Source: Streptosporangiales bacterium (GTDB lineage: Bacteria > Actinomycetota > Actinomycetes > Streptosporangiales > WHST01). From it: DNA of 64,000 bases. Made by a program: the position numbers and the translations under genes. The notes under the pieces were generated by a model. That model did no database searches. It was not told the DNA's origin and was given only the letters and a program-made list of their open reading frames with translations. The DNA lies in the NCBI GenBank assembly GCA_009379955.1, contig WHST01000001.1, positions 25,700-89,699 on the forward strand, written 5' to 3'. Below are positions 47,422 through 56,820 of the stretch, piece after piece (position 1 is the stretch's first letter; every line of letters begins with the position of its first letter).

Positions 47422-48666
47422 GTGCTCGTGACTGACCAGCTGACGGGGCGCGCCGACGGTCGGGGCAACGGCCATCGCGACAGGGACGACGACACCGAGC
47501 ACGAGGTCGACGCGGAACCGGTGGTCGACGCCACCGACGCGGCGGACGTCGTCGCCGCACCCGAGGCGGACGCCGAGGTCGAGCCCGCCGCCGCCACTCC
47601 GGCCGGGCCTCCCGCACCGCAGGCCACCCAGGCGCCGGCTCCGGCGGAGGGCACGAACGGGCGCGACTCCCACCTCGACAACGTCAAGTTCGTGGCGATC
47701 ACGCTGGTGGTGGTCGGGCACGCATGGGGCCCGATGCTGGCGTGGAGCCGCTCCCTCGAGGCCGCCTACCTGTTCCTCTACACGGTGCACATGCCGATCT
47801 TCGTGACGCTGTCCGGGTACTTCTCGCGTCACTTCACCGCGAGCCCGCGGCAGGCGCGTTCCCTCGTCCGGTCGGTCGTGGTGCCGTACCTGATCATCGA
47901 GTCGGCCTTCACCCTGTACCGCCACTTCGGTGCGGGGCAGGACCTCGAGTTCGCGCTCCATGACCCGTGGTGGATCACCTGGTTCCTCGCCACGCTGTTC
48001 TTCTGGCGGCTGAGCTCTCCGGTCTGGCGGGTGGTCCGCTTCCCGATCGTGATCGCGGTCGTCGTGTCGCTGGCCGCGGGGTCCGCGGAGCTCACCGGCG
48101 CACTCGAGCTCGGCCGGATGCTGCAGTACCTGCCGTTCTTCGTCATCGGCCTGTCCCTGCGCCGCGAGCACTTCGCGTGGCTGCGCACCCTGTGGGTCAG
48201 GCTCGCTGCGGTCCCGATCCTCGCCGGCGCGATCTACGGCGCCTACGTTCTCGCCCCTCACGTGAGCGTCGAATGGGTGTACTGGCGCCAGGGCAACGAG
48301 GCGCTCGGCGTCTCGTACCCGATCTTCGCGCTCGTCAAGATCGCCCAGCTGGCGGCCACCGTCCTCGTCCTGCTGGCGGTCATCTCGCTGGTGCCCGGCC
48401 GCCGGCTCCCGGTGATCACCGGGTTCGGAGCCGCGAGCATGTACGCGTACCTGCTGCACGGGTTCGCGGCGAAGGGGGCCGAGTGGTGGGACGTCTACGA
48501 CCTCCCGTTCGTCCACACCCACGCCGGGATCGTCGTCGTCACCCTGGCCGCGGTCGTGCTCACACTCGTGCTGTGCTCCCCGCCGGTGCGGGTGCTGTTC
48601 TCGTGGGCCGTTCAGCCGAAGCTGGAGGGCTGGCTCCGCGGGCCGACCGATCGGTCGCTGTCGTAG
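47422..48666 (+). CDS. Acyltransferase family 3 membrane protein with an acidic N-terminal extension
   Basis: Core begins HLDNVKFVAITLVVVGHAW..VHMPIFVTLSGYF (acyltransferase_3). It is preceded by about 85 aa of Asp/Glu/Ala/Pro-rich sequence, and no alternative start lies near the core. Confidence 0.75.
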   Translation: MLVTDQLTGRADGRGNGHRDRDDDTEHEVDAEPVVDATDAADVVAAPEADAEVEPAAATPAGPPAPQATQAPAPAEGTNGRDSHLDNVKFVAITLVVVGHAWGPMLAWSRSLEAAYLFLYTVHMPIFVTLSGYFSRHFTASPRQARSLVRSVVVPYLIIESAFTLYRHFGAGQDLEFALHDPWWITWFLATLFFWRLSSPVWRVVRFPIVIAVVVSLAAGSAELTGALELGRMLQYLPFFVIGLSLRREHFAWLRTLWVRLAAVPILAGAIYGAYVLAPHVSVEWVYWRQGNEALGVSYPIFALVKIAQLAATVLVLLAVISLVPGRRLPVITGFGAASMYAYLLHGFAAKGAEWWDVYDLPFVHTHAGIVVVTLAAVVLTLVLCSPPVRVLFSWAVQPKLEGWLRGPTDRSLS

Positions 48667-48679
48667 ACCGCCGGACGGC

Positions 48680-49858
48680 TCAGCGGAACGCCGACTCGCC
48701 GGTCACGGCCTGACCGATGACCAGCTGGTGCACCTCGCTCGTGCCCTCGTAGGTGAGCACCGACTCCAGGTTGTTCGCGTGCCTGATCACCGGGTACTCG
48801 AGGGTGACGCCGCTGGCGCCCAGGATCGTGCGGCACTCCCGCGCGATCGCGATCGCCTCGCGGACGTTGTTGAGCTTGCCCAGGCTGACCTGCTCGGGAC
48901 GCAGGGTGCCGGCGTCCTTCAGCCGGCCGAGGTGCACGGCGAGCAGCATGGCCTTGCCGAGCTCGACGGTCATGTCGGCGAGCTTGGTCTGGGTGATCTG
49001 GTACGTCGTGAGCGGGCGGTCGAAGACCTCGCGGTCGGCGGCGTACGCCAGGGCGGTGTGCAGGCAGTCTCTCGCGGCACCGACCGCACCGAAGATGATG
49101 CCGAACCGCGCCTCGGACAGGCAGCCGAGCGGTCCGGCGAGGCCGCGCGCCCCGGGGAGCATCGCGTCGCCGGGAACCCGCACCTCGTCGAGCACCAGTT
49201 CCGACGTGACCGAGGCACGCAGCGACAGCTTCTTGGTGATCTCCGGTGCGGAGAAGCCCTTGGTGTCGGTCGGCACGAGGAACCCGCGGATGCCGTCGTC
49301 GGTCCGCGCCCAGACGACCGCGACGTCGGCGATCGACCCGTTCGTGATCCACATCTTGGTGCCGTTGATGACCCAGTCGTCGCCCTCGCGCTTGGCGTGG
49401 GTGCGCATCCCCGCCGGGTTGGACCCGAAGTCGGGCTCGGTGAGGCCGAAGCAGCCGATCAGCTCACCGGCGGCCATGCCGGGCAGCCACTGCTGCTTCT
49501 GCTCCTCACTGCCGTAGGCGTGGATCGCGTACATGACCAGCGATCCCTGCACGGAGACGAGGCTGCGGATGCCGGAGTCGGCGGCCTCGAGCTCGAGGCA
49601 GGCGAGCCCGTACGCCGTGGCGCTCGCACCCGCGCAGCCGTAGCCGGACAGGTGCATGCCGAGCACGCCGAGCGAGCCCAGCCGTCGCGCGAGCTCGCGA
49701 CCGGGGATCTCGCCGGTCTCGAACCAGTCGGCGACGTGCGGGCGGACGTGGTCGGCGCAGAACTGCGCGACCGTGTCGCGCATGGCGCGTTCCTCGTCGG
49801 ACAGCAGCCCGTCGGTGCCGAACAGGTCGAGCGGGGCAATGGGACGGTTCTTCGGCAT
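48680..49858 (-). CDS. Acyl-CoA dehydrogenase, glutaryl-CoA dehydrogenase-like
   Basis: 392 aa with GCFGLTEPDFGSNPAGM, WITNG and YEGTSEVH. ATG at 49858. Confidence 0.85.
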   Translation of the reverse strand: MPKNRPIAPLDLFGTDGLLSDEERAMRDTVAQFCADHVRPHVADWFETGEIPGRELARRLGSLGVLGMHLSGYGCAGASATAYGLACLELEAADSGIRSLVSVQGSLVMYAIHAYGSEEQKQQWLPGMAAGELIGCFGLTEPDFGSNPAGMRTHAKREGDDWVINGTKMWITNGSIADVAVVWARTDDGIRGFLVPTDTKGFSAPEITKKLSLRASVTSELVLDEVRVPGDAMLPGARGLAGPLGCLSEARFGIIFGAVGAARDCLHTALAYAADREVFDRPLTTYQITQTKLADMTVELGKAMLLAVHLGRLKDAGTLRPEQVSLGKLNNVREAIAIARECRTILGASGVTLEYPVIRHANNLESVLTYEGTSEVHQLVIGQAVTGESAFR

Positions 49859-49918
49859 CGGGACGGCTCCGCGGTCGAGGACAAGGATCGGATCCAATGT
49901 ACAACCCGCCCGTGGTCG

Positions 49919-49973
49919 ACCCGTGAGGGGCACCCCGACCGTATCCTGGCACGGTGAGGGTGCCGTTCACGGG
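49919..49973. repeat. Intergenic hairpin repeat, copy B
   Basis: ACCCGTGAGGGGCACCCCGACC-N12-GGTGAGGGTGCCGTTCACGGG. It has the same architecture and the same 12-nt loop length as copy A at 43117-43170. Confidence 0.8.
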
Positions 49974-49978
49974 CCTGG

Positions 49979-50785
49979 TCAGTCGGCCTCGGGCGCCTGC
50001 TGGTGGGCGGGGTTGAGGACGCGGGCGAGGAACTCCTTCGTGCGCGCCTCGCGGGGGTCGGCGATGACCTGCTCCGGGTGACCCTGCTCGACCACGACTC
50101 CGCCGTCCATGAAGAGGACCTTGTCGGCCACCTCCCTGGCGAACTGCATCTCGTGGGTGACCACGAGCATCGTCATGCCCTCCTCGGCGAGCTGACGCAT
50201 GACGCCGAGCACGTCGCCGACCAGCTCGGGGTCGAGGGCCGATGTCGGCTCGTCGAACAGCATCAGCTGGGGGTCCATCGAGAGTGCCCTGGCGATCGCC
50301 ACGCGCTGCTGCTGGCCGCCGGAGAGCTGGGTGGGCATCGCCTGCTCGCGGCCGGTGAGGCCGACCTTCTCGAGGTTGCGCCTCGCGACCTCCTCGGCCT
50401 GCGACCTGCCGCGGCGCAGCACCTTGCGCTGGGCGACCGTGAGGTTCTCGAGCACGGTGAGGTGGCTGAACAGGTTGAACGACTGGAACACCATGCCGAT
50501 CCGCTTGCGGGCGGCGTCGAGGTCGGCGTCCGGGTCGGTGAGCTCGATGCCGTCGACGACGACGGAGCCACCGTTCGGCTGCTCGAGCAGGTTGACGCAG
50601 CGCAGCAGCGTCGACTTGCCGGAGCCGGACGGCCCGATCACGCAGACGACCTGACCGCGTTCGACCTCGAGGTCGATGCCGCGCAGCACCTCGATCGTGC
50701 CGAACGACTTGCGCAGCTCGCTGACCCGGACGACGGGCGCGGCCTCGGCCTCGTTCTCGGCCGCCGGTTCGGCGGGGGTCGTCAT
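49979..50785 (-). CDS. Polar amino-acid ABC transporter ATP-binding protein
   Basis: [28 protein letters not shown] and the GlnQ-type length (268 aa). ATGA overlap with the permease. Confidence 0.9.
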   Translation of the reverse strand: MTTPAEPAAENEAEAAPVVRVSELRKSFGTIEVLRGIDLEVERGQVVCVIGPSGSGKSTLLRCVNLLEQPNGGSVVVDGIELTDPDADLDAARKRIGMVFQSFNLFSHLTVLENLTVAQRKVLRRGRSQAEEVARRNLEKVGLTGREQAMPTQLSGGQQQRVAIARALSMDPQLMLFDEPTSALDPELVGDVLGVMRQLAEEGMTMLVVTHEMQFAREVADKVLFMDGGVVVEQGHPEQVIADPREARTKEFLARVLNPAHQQAPEAD

Positions 50786-51606
50786 GCCTTCACCGCCAGT
50801 CCGGTCGACTCGGGGGTGCTGACCTGCTTGCCGCCGGTGCGGCGTTCGAGGCGGCGCGAGAGCAGGGAGAGCGGGATGGTGAGGAGCAGGTAGCAGAGTC
50901 CCGCGACGAGGATCGGCGTCATCGACTGCACGGTGTTGAGGGACTCCCGGCCGAACTTGGTCAACTCGTACTGCTCCCGTGCCAGGCCGAGCAGGTAGAC
51001 CAGCGACGAGTCCTTCGCCAGCAGGATGAGCTCGTTGGTGAGCGGCGGGAGCACGATGCGGAACGCCTGCGGGATGACGATCGTGACCATCGTGCGGCCC
51101 TGGGACATGCCCAGCGACCTCGCCGCCTCCACCTGACCCTTGTCGACGGCCTGGATGCCGGCACGCAGGGTCTCGGCCATGTAGGCGGCGCCGACGAGGC
51201 CGAGCGACAGCATGACGGTCGAGTAGATGTCGAAGCGCACGCCGAACGCGAGCGGCACGCCGTACCCGAAGGCGATGAACACCAGCAGGGCGGGCACGCC
51301 GCGGAAGAACTCGATGTAGAGCGTCGCGATCCAGCGGTACGGCGGAACCGACGACAGCTTCATCAGCGCGAGCAGGAGCCCGAGCACCAGGCCGAACGTG
51401 AAGCCGAGCACCGTGTAGATCACCGTGTTGCGGACCGCGGTGGTGATGATCTCAGGGAACTGGTCGGCCGCGATCGGCAGGTTGAAGAACGCCCGCCCGA
51501 TCTCGCCCCAGTCCGCCGCGAAGGCGATGACGAGGGCGACCGCGACGAGGATCGCGTACTGGACGATGCGCGTGGTCCGCGCACGGCGGCGCCTGGACAT
51601 GCTCAT
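50782..51606 (-). CDS. Polar amino-acid ABC transporter permease
   Basis: 274 aa with the HisM/GlnP-type motif [25 protein letters not shown] at 51606; the 457-aa ORF-track entry is a run-on. Confidence 0.88.
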   Translation of the reverse strand: MSMSRRRRARTTRIVQYAILVAVALVIAFAADWGEIGRAFFNLPIAADQFPEIITTAVRNTVIYTVLGFTFGLVLGLLLALMKLSSVPPYRWIATLYIEFFRGVPALLVFIAFGYGVPLAFGVRFDIYSTVMLSLGLVGAAYMAETLRAGIQAVDKGQVEAARSLGMSQGRTMVTIVIPQAFRIVLPPLTNELILLAKDSSLVYLLGLAREQYELTKFGRESLNTVQSMTPILVAGLCYLLLTIPLSLLSRRLERRTGGKQVSTPESTGLAVKA

Positions 51607-51653
51607 GCTCGCGGTCTCCCCGCCGTCGCCGTGGTGTCGGTGAGCAGGGACAC

Positions 51654-52469
51654 CTACTTCTCCGGCGGCTCCACGCCGAACCACTTCTTGTACAGCTCGG
51701 CGTACGTGCCGTCCGACCTGGCGTCGGCGAGCACCTTGTTGACCTTGTCGAGCAGCGGCTTGTTGCCCTTCTTCACCGCCATGCCGAGCTGCTCGTCGAG
51801 GTCGTACTCGGCACCGACCTCGGTGTCGGGGTTGTCCTTGACGTAGTCGTACAGGACGCCGCTGTCGGCGACGGATGCCGCGACCTGGCCGGTGCGGACC
51901 GCGGTGGTCAGCAGGCCGAAGTCCTCGAACTGGACGACCTGGTAGCCGTACTTCTTCTCGTTCTTCTTGGCGTAGTCCTCGCCCGTGGTCTCCGGCTGCG
52001 CGCCGACCTTCTTGCCCTTGAGCTTCTCCAGGCCGTCGATGCCCGAGTCCTTCTTGACCAACAGCGACTGGGTGACGTCGAAGTACGGGTCGGAGAAGTC
52101 CATGACCTTCTTGCGGTCGTCCTTGATGGTGATGCCGGCCGCGGCGATATCGCACCTGTTGGTGTTGAAGTCCTCGCCCGACTCGATGCCCTCGAACGGC
52201 GTGTCGAGGATCTTCTGCTCCACGCCGAGGTCCTTCGCCACGAGGTCGACGAGGTCGACGTCGAAGCCGACGATCTTGCCGTCCTTGGTGAACTGGTACG
52301 GCTTGTAGGGGAGGTGCGTGCAGGTCGTGATCTTGTCCTCGGCGACGAGCTTGACACCGTCGACCTCGGTGCCTCCCCCTTCGGTCGACTCGACACAGCC
52401 GGTCAGCCCGGCGACGAGGACGAGGGCCGCGGCCAGCGACAGGACGGGATGGCGGAGTTGGCGTCGCAC
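51654..52469 (-). CDS. Polar amino-acid ABC transporter substrate-binding lipoprotein
   Basis: Lipobox LVAGLTGCV and a PBP type II pattern (GFDVDLVDLVAKDLG, DIAAAGITI). Confidence 0.88.
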   Translation of the reverse strand: MRRQLRHPVLSLAAALVLVAGLTGCVESTEGGGTEVDGVKLVAEDKITTCTHLPYKPYQFTKDGKIVGFDVDLVDLVAKDLGVEQKILDTPFEGIESGEDFNTNRCDIAAAGITIKDDRKKVMDFSDPYFDVTQSLLVKKDSGIDGLEKLKGKKVGAQPETTGEDYAKKNEKKYGYQVVQFEDFGLLTTAVRTGQVAASVADSGVLYDYVKDNPDTEVGAEYDLDEQLGMAVKKGNKPLLDKVNKVLADARSDGTYAELYKKWFGVEPPEK

Positions 52470-52574
52470 GAGCTGCTCCCTGTGGGCGGTCGGTAGATCC
52501 GTGTGCGCATCTTGCCAGCCGAGACGTGGTGCTGGATAGCCAGGTGGCGAACTACGGTACGCAGCGCACCGGGG

Positions 52575-53270
52575 TCACGACCAGAAGCCGCGGTCCTCCA
52601 GCAGCGCGATCGCGTGCTCACCGCCCTCGACGATGTGTGTGGTCATCAGCCTCGCCGCCGCCGCGCCGTCGTGGGACTCGATCGCGGCGGCGATCTCGGC
52701 GTGCTGCGTGGCCGCCACGCGCCCCCAGATGCTCGTGGTCTGGAACTCGCCGAACATCAGCGCGGATAGGCCCCGCAGCACCGCGCCGAGCCGCCGCGAG
52801 CCGCCGCTCTTGTTGATCAACCGGTGGAAGTCGTCGTTGAGCGCCTCGAGGTCGTCGCCAGGGCGCGGCCGGCGCATCCGCGCGACGCTCGCGCGGAGTG
52901 CGGTGACGGTCGAGTCGTCCATGACCGAGGCAGCCCGCTCCGCGGCGATCGCGCAGACGGCGGCGTAGATCCGGTAGTGGTCGCGCATGTCGTCGCGGGT
53001 GAGCGGTGCGACGAACGCGCCGCGCCGGGGTGCGATCTCGACCAGCGCGGCCGCCTCGAGCATGATGAGCGCCTCCCGGACCGGCAGCTTGCTCACGCCC
53101 AGCGCCTCGGCGACGGCGTCCTGGTCGACCTTCTCGCCGGGCTTGAGGTGGCCGGAGAAGATGAGGTCGCGCACGTACGAGGCCACCGCGTCCTTCAGGT
53201 TGGCGCGCTGGAACGACGGTGCCGCGGGCAGGGCGGGCATGGGACGGGACGGTACTCGATGCTCGGTCAT
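52575..53270 (-). CDS. GntR-family transcriptional regulator (FadR/FCD subfamily)
   Basis: wHTH (GEKVDQDAVAEALGVSKLPVREAL) plus an FCD-like helical C-terminal domain. ATG 53270 overlaps the upstream crotonase stop (ATGA). Confidence 0.88.
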   Translation of the reverse strand: MTEHRVPSRPMPALPAAPSFQRANLKDAVASYVRDLIFSGHLKPGEKVDQDAVAEALGVSKLPVREALIMLEAAALVEIAPRRGAFVAPLTRDDMRDHYRIYAAVCAIAAERAASVMDDSTVTALRASVARMRRPRPGDDLEALNDDFHRLINKSGGSRRLGAVLRGLSALMFGEFQTTSIWGRVAATQHAEIAAAIESHDGAAAARLMTTHIVEGGEHAIALLEDRGFWS

Positions 53271-54049
53271 CGGCCGGTGAACCTCGCCTGCCGCTTCTCC
53301 AGGAACGCCCGCATGCCTTCCTGCTTGTCGTGGGTCGTGAACGCCCACCCGGAGAGCGCCTGTTCCAGCTCCAGGCCCGAGCGCAGATCGGTCTCCAGGC
53401 CGGTGTTCACCGCCCGCTTCATGAGCGCGACGCTGAGCGGCCCGACCTTCGCGATGTCCGCGACGAGCGCCAGCGCCGCGGCGAGCAGCTCATCGTGCGG
53501 CATCACGCGGTCGACGAGACCGAGCGACGCCGCCTCGTCCGCGGCGACGATGCGCGCGGTGAACAGCATCTCCTTCGCCCGGCTCGGGCCGATCAGCCGC
53601 GGCAGCCGCTGGGTGCCGCCGAAGCCGGCCACCGAGCCGATCCGCGCGCTGGTGATGCCGAACGTGGCGTCGGGGGAGGAGAGGCGGTAGTCGCAGGCCA
53701 GCGCCAGCTCCAGGCCGCCGGTGAGGCAGGGGCCGCTGACGGCCGCGAGCACCGGCTTGGGGTGCTCCTCGATCACCCGGTTGAGCCGGGCGGCGCGCTC
53801 GGCGAACGTACGGAACGCCGTGACCGTGGTGATGTCGACAGCCTCGTTGAGGTCGGCACCCGCGGAGAAGCACGACGGGCCGCCGGTGAGCACGACGCCG
53901 GACACCGTGTCGTCGGCGACGAGGCGCTCGAGCTCGGCGGTCAGGGCGTCGAGCAGCTCGGCGCTGAGCGCGTTGCGCTTCCGCGGCCGGTTCAGGGTGA
54001 GGACGGCGGCGCGGTCACGGCGCTCGACCAGCAGGACGGGATCGGACAT
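53267..54049 (-). CDS. Enoyl-CoA hydratase/isomerase (crotonase) family protein
   Basis: 260 aa with LNRPRKRNAL, FSAGADL and GGLELALACD. Confidence 0.88.
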   Translation of the reverse strand: MSDPVLLVERRDRAAVLTLNRPRKRNALSAELLDALTAELERLVADDTVSGVVLTGGPSCFSAGADLNEAVDITTVTAFRTFAERAARLNRVIEEHPKPVLAAVSGPCLTGGLELALACDYRLSSPDATFGITSARIGSVAGFGGTQRLPRLIGPSRAKEMLFTARIVAADEAASLGLVDRVMPHDELLAAALALVADIAKVGPLSVALMKRAVNTGLETDLRSGLELEQALSGWAFTTHDKQEGMRAFLEKRQARFTGR

Positions 54050-54054
54050 CGCCG

Positions 54055-54873
54055 TCACCCCTCGTCCGTCGCGGGCGCGGCGCGGAAGCGCGCGTAGTCG
54101 GGTGGGCGCTTCTCCAGGAACGCGGCGGCGCCCTCGGCCTGCTCGGGCGTGCCGTACAGCTGGCTCAGCATCTCCGCTCCCGAGCTGAACGCCGCACGCA
54201 TCGAGTCGATGGCGAAGTTGAGGCTCGTCTTGGCCACCCGGAGGCTCTGCGGGCTCATCGTGAGCAGTACGTCGCACATCGCGCGGACGGCGTCGTCGAG
54301 CTCGTCCGCGGGGACGACCTTGTTGACGAGCCCCATCGACTCGGCCTCGGCGGCGGTGTAGAGGCGGGTGGTGTAGATCATCTCCCGCGCCCGCTTCTCG
54401 CCGACGATCCGTGGCAGCAGCTGCGTCGCTCCCCACACCGGCACGCTGCCGACCCGCGGCCCCACCTGGCCGAACCGCGCGTCGTCGGACGCGATCGTCA
54501 GGTCGCACATGACGTGCAGCTCGTGGCCCGCGCCGACGCAGTAGCCGCGGACCGCCGCGATGATCGGCTTGCCCGAGTCATGCAGCGCGGACCCGAGCCG
54601 CAGCAGCCGGCGCAGGTGGTTGCGGCCGCCGGACTGGTCGCGCCCGCGCTGGTCGTTGACGTCGCCGCCGGCGCTGAACGCCTTGTCGCCCGCTCCGGTG
54701 AGGACGATGACGCCGACGGCCGGGTCGTCGGCCGCGGCGTCGACGGCCGTGGTGAGCTCCTCGTACGTCCGGGTCCGCAGCGCGTTGCGCACGTGCGGGC
54801 GGTCGATGGTCACCGTCGCGACGTGGTTGTCGTACGCGTAGCGGATGTCCTCGAACTCGTCGGCAGCTGTCAT
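54055..54873 (-). CDS. Crotonase-family protein, MenB (naphthoate synthase)-like
   Basis: 272 aa with IDRPHVRNAL, AFSAGGDV and GYCVGAGHELHVMCDLTIA. GAGGAGGAGG RBS. Confidence 0.8.
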   Translation of the reverse strand: MTAADEFEDIRYAYDNHVATVTIDRPHVRNALRTRTYEELTTAVDAAADDPAVGVIVLTGAGDKAFSAGGDVNDQRGRDQSGGRNHLRRLLRLGSALHDSGKPIIAAVRGYCVGAGHELHVMCDLTIASDDARFGQVGPRVGSVPVWGATQLLPRIVGEKRAREMIYTTRLYTAAEAESMGLVNKVVPADELDDAVRAMCDVLLTMSPQSLRVAKTSLNFAIDSMRAAFSSGAEMLSQLYGTPEQAEGAAAFLEKRPPDYARFRAAPATDEG

Positions 54874-54888
54874 GAGCGGTCCTCCTCC

Positions 54889-56049
54889 TCAGTACGAGCG
54901 GGGCATGCCGAGCACGTGGGTGCCGATGTAGGAGAGCACCAGGTTGTTGCTCACCGGCGCGATCAGCTGGAAGCGCGCCTCCCGGAACTTGCGGTGGATC
55001 CCGTACTCGTCGGCGACGCCGTAGCCGCCGAACGCCGTCATCGCCGCGTTCGCCGCCTCCCAGGTCGCCTGGGACGCGAGCAGCTTGGCTGCGTTGGCCT
55101 CCATGCCGGGCTGCTCGCCCCGCTCGAACACCGCCGCGGCCTTGAACCGCATCAGGCTGGCCGCCTCGAGCTGCGCGTACGCCTGGGCGATGGGGAACTG
55201 CACGGCCTGGTTGGCGCCGATCGGCCGGTCGAACACGACGCGCTGGGACGCGTACTCGGCCGCCTTGGCGACGAGCCAGTAGCCGTCACCGAGCACCTCG
55301 GACGCCACCAGGACGCGTTCGGCGTTCATCCCGCTGAGGATGTAGCGGAAGCCACGCCCCTCCTCGCCGACGAGGTTCGCCGCGGGTACGCGCAGGTCGT
55401 TGATGAACAGCGAGTACGTCTCGTGCGGCACCATCGTGCGGATCGGTCGTATCTCGACGGCGTCGCCGGCCTCGCGCAGGTCGACGACGAACGTGCTGAT
55501 GCCGTCGGTCTTCTTCGTCACGTCGGCACGCGGCGTGGTGCGAGTGAGGATGAGCATCAGGTCGGTGTGCTCGACGCGCGACGTCCACATCTTCGCGCCG
55601 TTGATCACGTACTCGTCGCCGTCCCTGACGGCAGACGTCGTGATGCTGCTGGTGTCGGAGCCGGCGTCGGGCTCGGTCACCGCGAACGACTGGAGGCGCA
55701 GCCGGCCGGCGGCGATCTCCGGCAGCCATCGTGCCTTCTGCTCCTCGTTGCCGTGCCTGAGGATCGTGCCCATCGTGTACATCTGCGCGTGGGCCGGCAG
55801 GCCGCTGCCACCCGACCTGTTGACCGCCTCGAGGATCACCGCTGCGTCGGTGAGCGTCCCGCCGCCACCTCCGTACTCCTCGGGGATCAGGACGGCGAGG
55901 TAGCCGGCCTCGGTGAGCGCGTCGACGAACTCCGCGGGATAGGTGCGCTCCTGGTCTGCCTTGTTCCAGTACTCCTCGGGGAAGTGCGCGCACAGGTCGG
56001 CCACGCTGCGTGCGAGTGCCCGCTGTTCCTCGGTGAGGGTGAAGTCCAT
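54889..56049 (-). CDS. Acyl-CoA dehydrogenase
   Basis: 386 aa with FAVTEPDAGSD and MWTS. ATG at 56049; the 588-aa ORF-track entry is a run-on. Confidence 0.88.
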   Translation of the reverse strand: MDFTLTEEQRALARSVADLCAHFPEEYWNKADQERTYPAEFVDALTEAGYLAVLIPEEYGGGGGTLTDAAVILEAVNRSGGSGLPAHAQMYTMGTILRHGNEEQKARWLPEIAAGRLRLQSFAVTEPDAGSDTSSITTSAVRDGDEYVINGAKMWTSRVEHTDLMLILTRTTPRADVTKKTDGISTFVVDLREAGDAVEIRPIRTMVPHETYSLFINDLRVPAANLVGEEGRGFRYILSGMNAERVLVASEVLGDGYWLVAKAAEYASQRVVFDRPIGANQAVQFPIAQAYAQLEAASLMRFKAAAVFERGEQPGMEANAAKLLASQATWEAANAAMTAFGGYGVADEYGIHRKFREARFQLIAPVSNNLVLSYIGTHVLGMPRSY

Positions 56050-56084
56050 CGACGCTCCTGCTCGGTCGGTTGCCGTCCTGACGG

Positions 56085-56810
56085 TCAGTCCACGCGGGTC
56101 ATGCCGCCGTTCACGCTGAGCACCTGTCCGGTGATGTACGCGGTGTCGGGGCGGGTGAAGAACTCCACCGCCGCCGCGACGTCCGCCGGCTCGCCCAACC
56201 TGCGCATCGGGTTGGCGCGCCGCCGCTTCTCGATCTGGTCGTCGGTGAGCATCTGGCGCAGCAGCGGGGTGTCGGTCGTGCCGGGGGAGACGACGTTGAC
56301 CGTCACGCCGCGGCGGGACACCTCGACGGCGAGCGACTTGGCGAACGCGATTTGCGCGGCCTTCGCGCCGGCGTATACGGCCTCTCCCCGCACGCCGATG
56401 CGTGCGGCGTCGGAGGCGACGACGACCACGCGTCCGTCGTGGGCGTCGACCATCGCGGGGACGAACGCGCGCGCGACGTTGAGGAGTCCGGCGTAGTTGA
56501 CCGCGATGACGCGCTCGTCCGCCTCGGCCGTGGAGTCGAGGAAGTCGCCGTGCGGCGACCAGCCGGCGCAGTGCACGAGCGAGGTGACGGCGCCGTACGT
56601 CCCCGCCACCTCGGCGGCAACGTCGCCGACGGCCGCCGTGCTCGTCACGTCGCACCGGTAGGACGACTCGAACGGCGAGCCGTCCGGCTCCTCCGCGAGG
56701 TCGAGTCCCAGGACCCGGTGCCCACCGGCCCGCAGGGCATGACCGATGGCGAGGCCGATGCCGCTCGCCGACCCGGTGACGAGGCTGAGCGGTGCTGACG
56801 ACGTGGTCAT
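56085..56810 (-). CDS. SDR-family oxidoreductase
   Basis: 241 aa with TGSASGIG and YAGAKAA (YxxxK). Confidence 0.9.
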   Translation of the reverse strand: MTTSSAPLSLVTGSASGIGLAIGHALRAGGHRVLGLDLAEEPDGSPFESSYRCDVTSTAAVGDVAAEVAGTYGAVTSLVHCAGWSPHGDFLDSTAEADERVIAVNYAGLLNVARAFVPAMVDAHDGRVVVVASDAARIGVRGEAVYAGAKAAQIAFAKSLAVEVSRRGVTVNVVSPGTTDTPLLRQMLTDDQIEKRRRANPMRRLGEPADVAAAVEFFTRPDTAYITGQVLSVNGGMTRVD

Positions 56811-56820
56811 GCCGTGCCTC

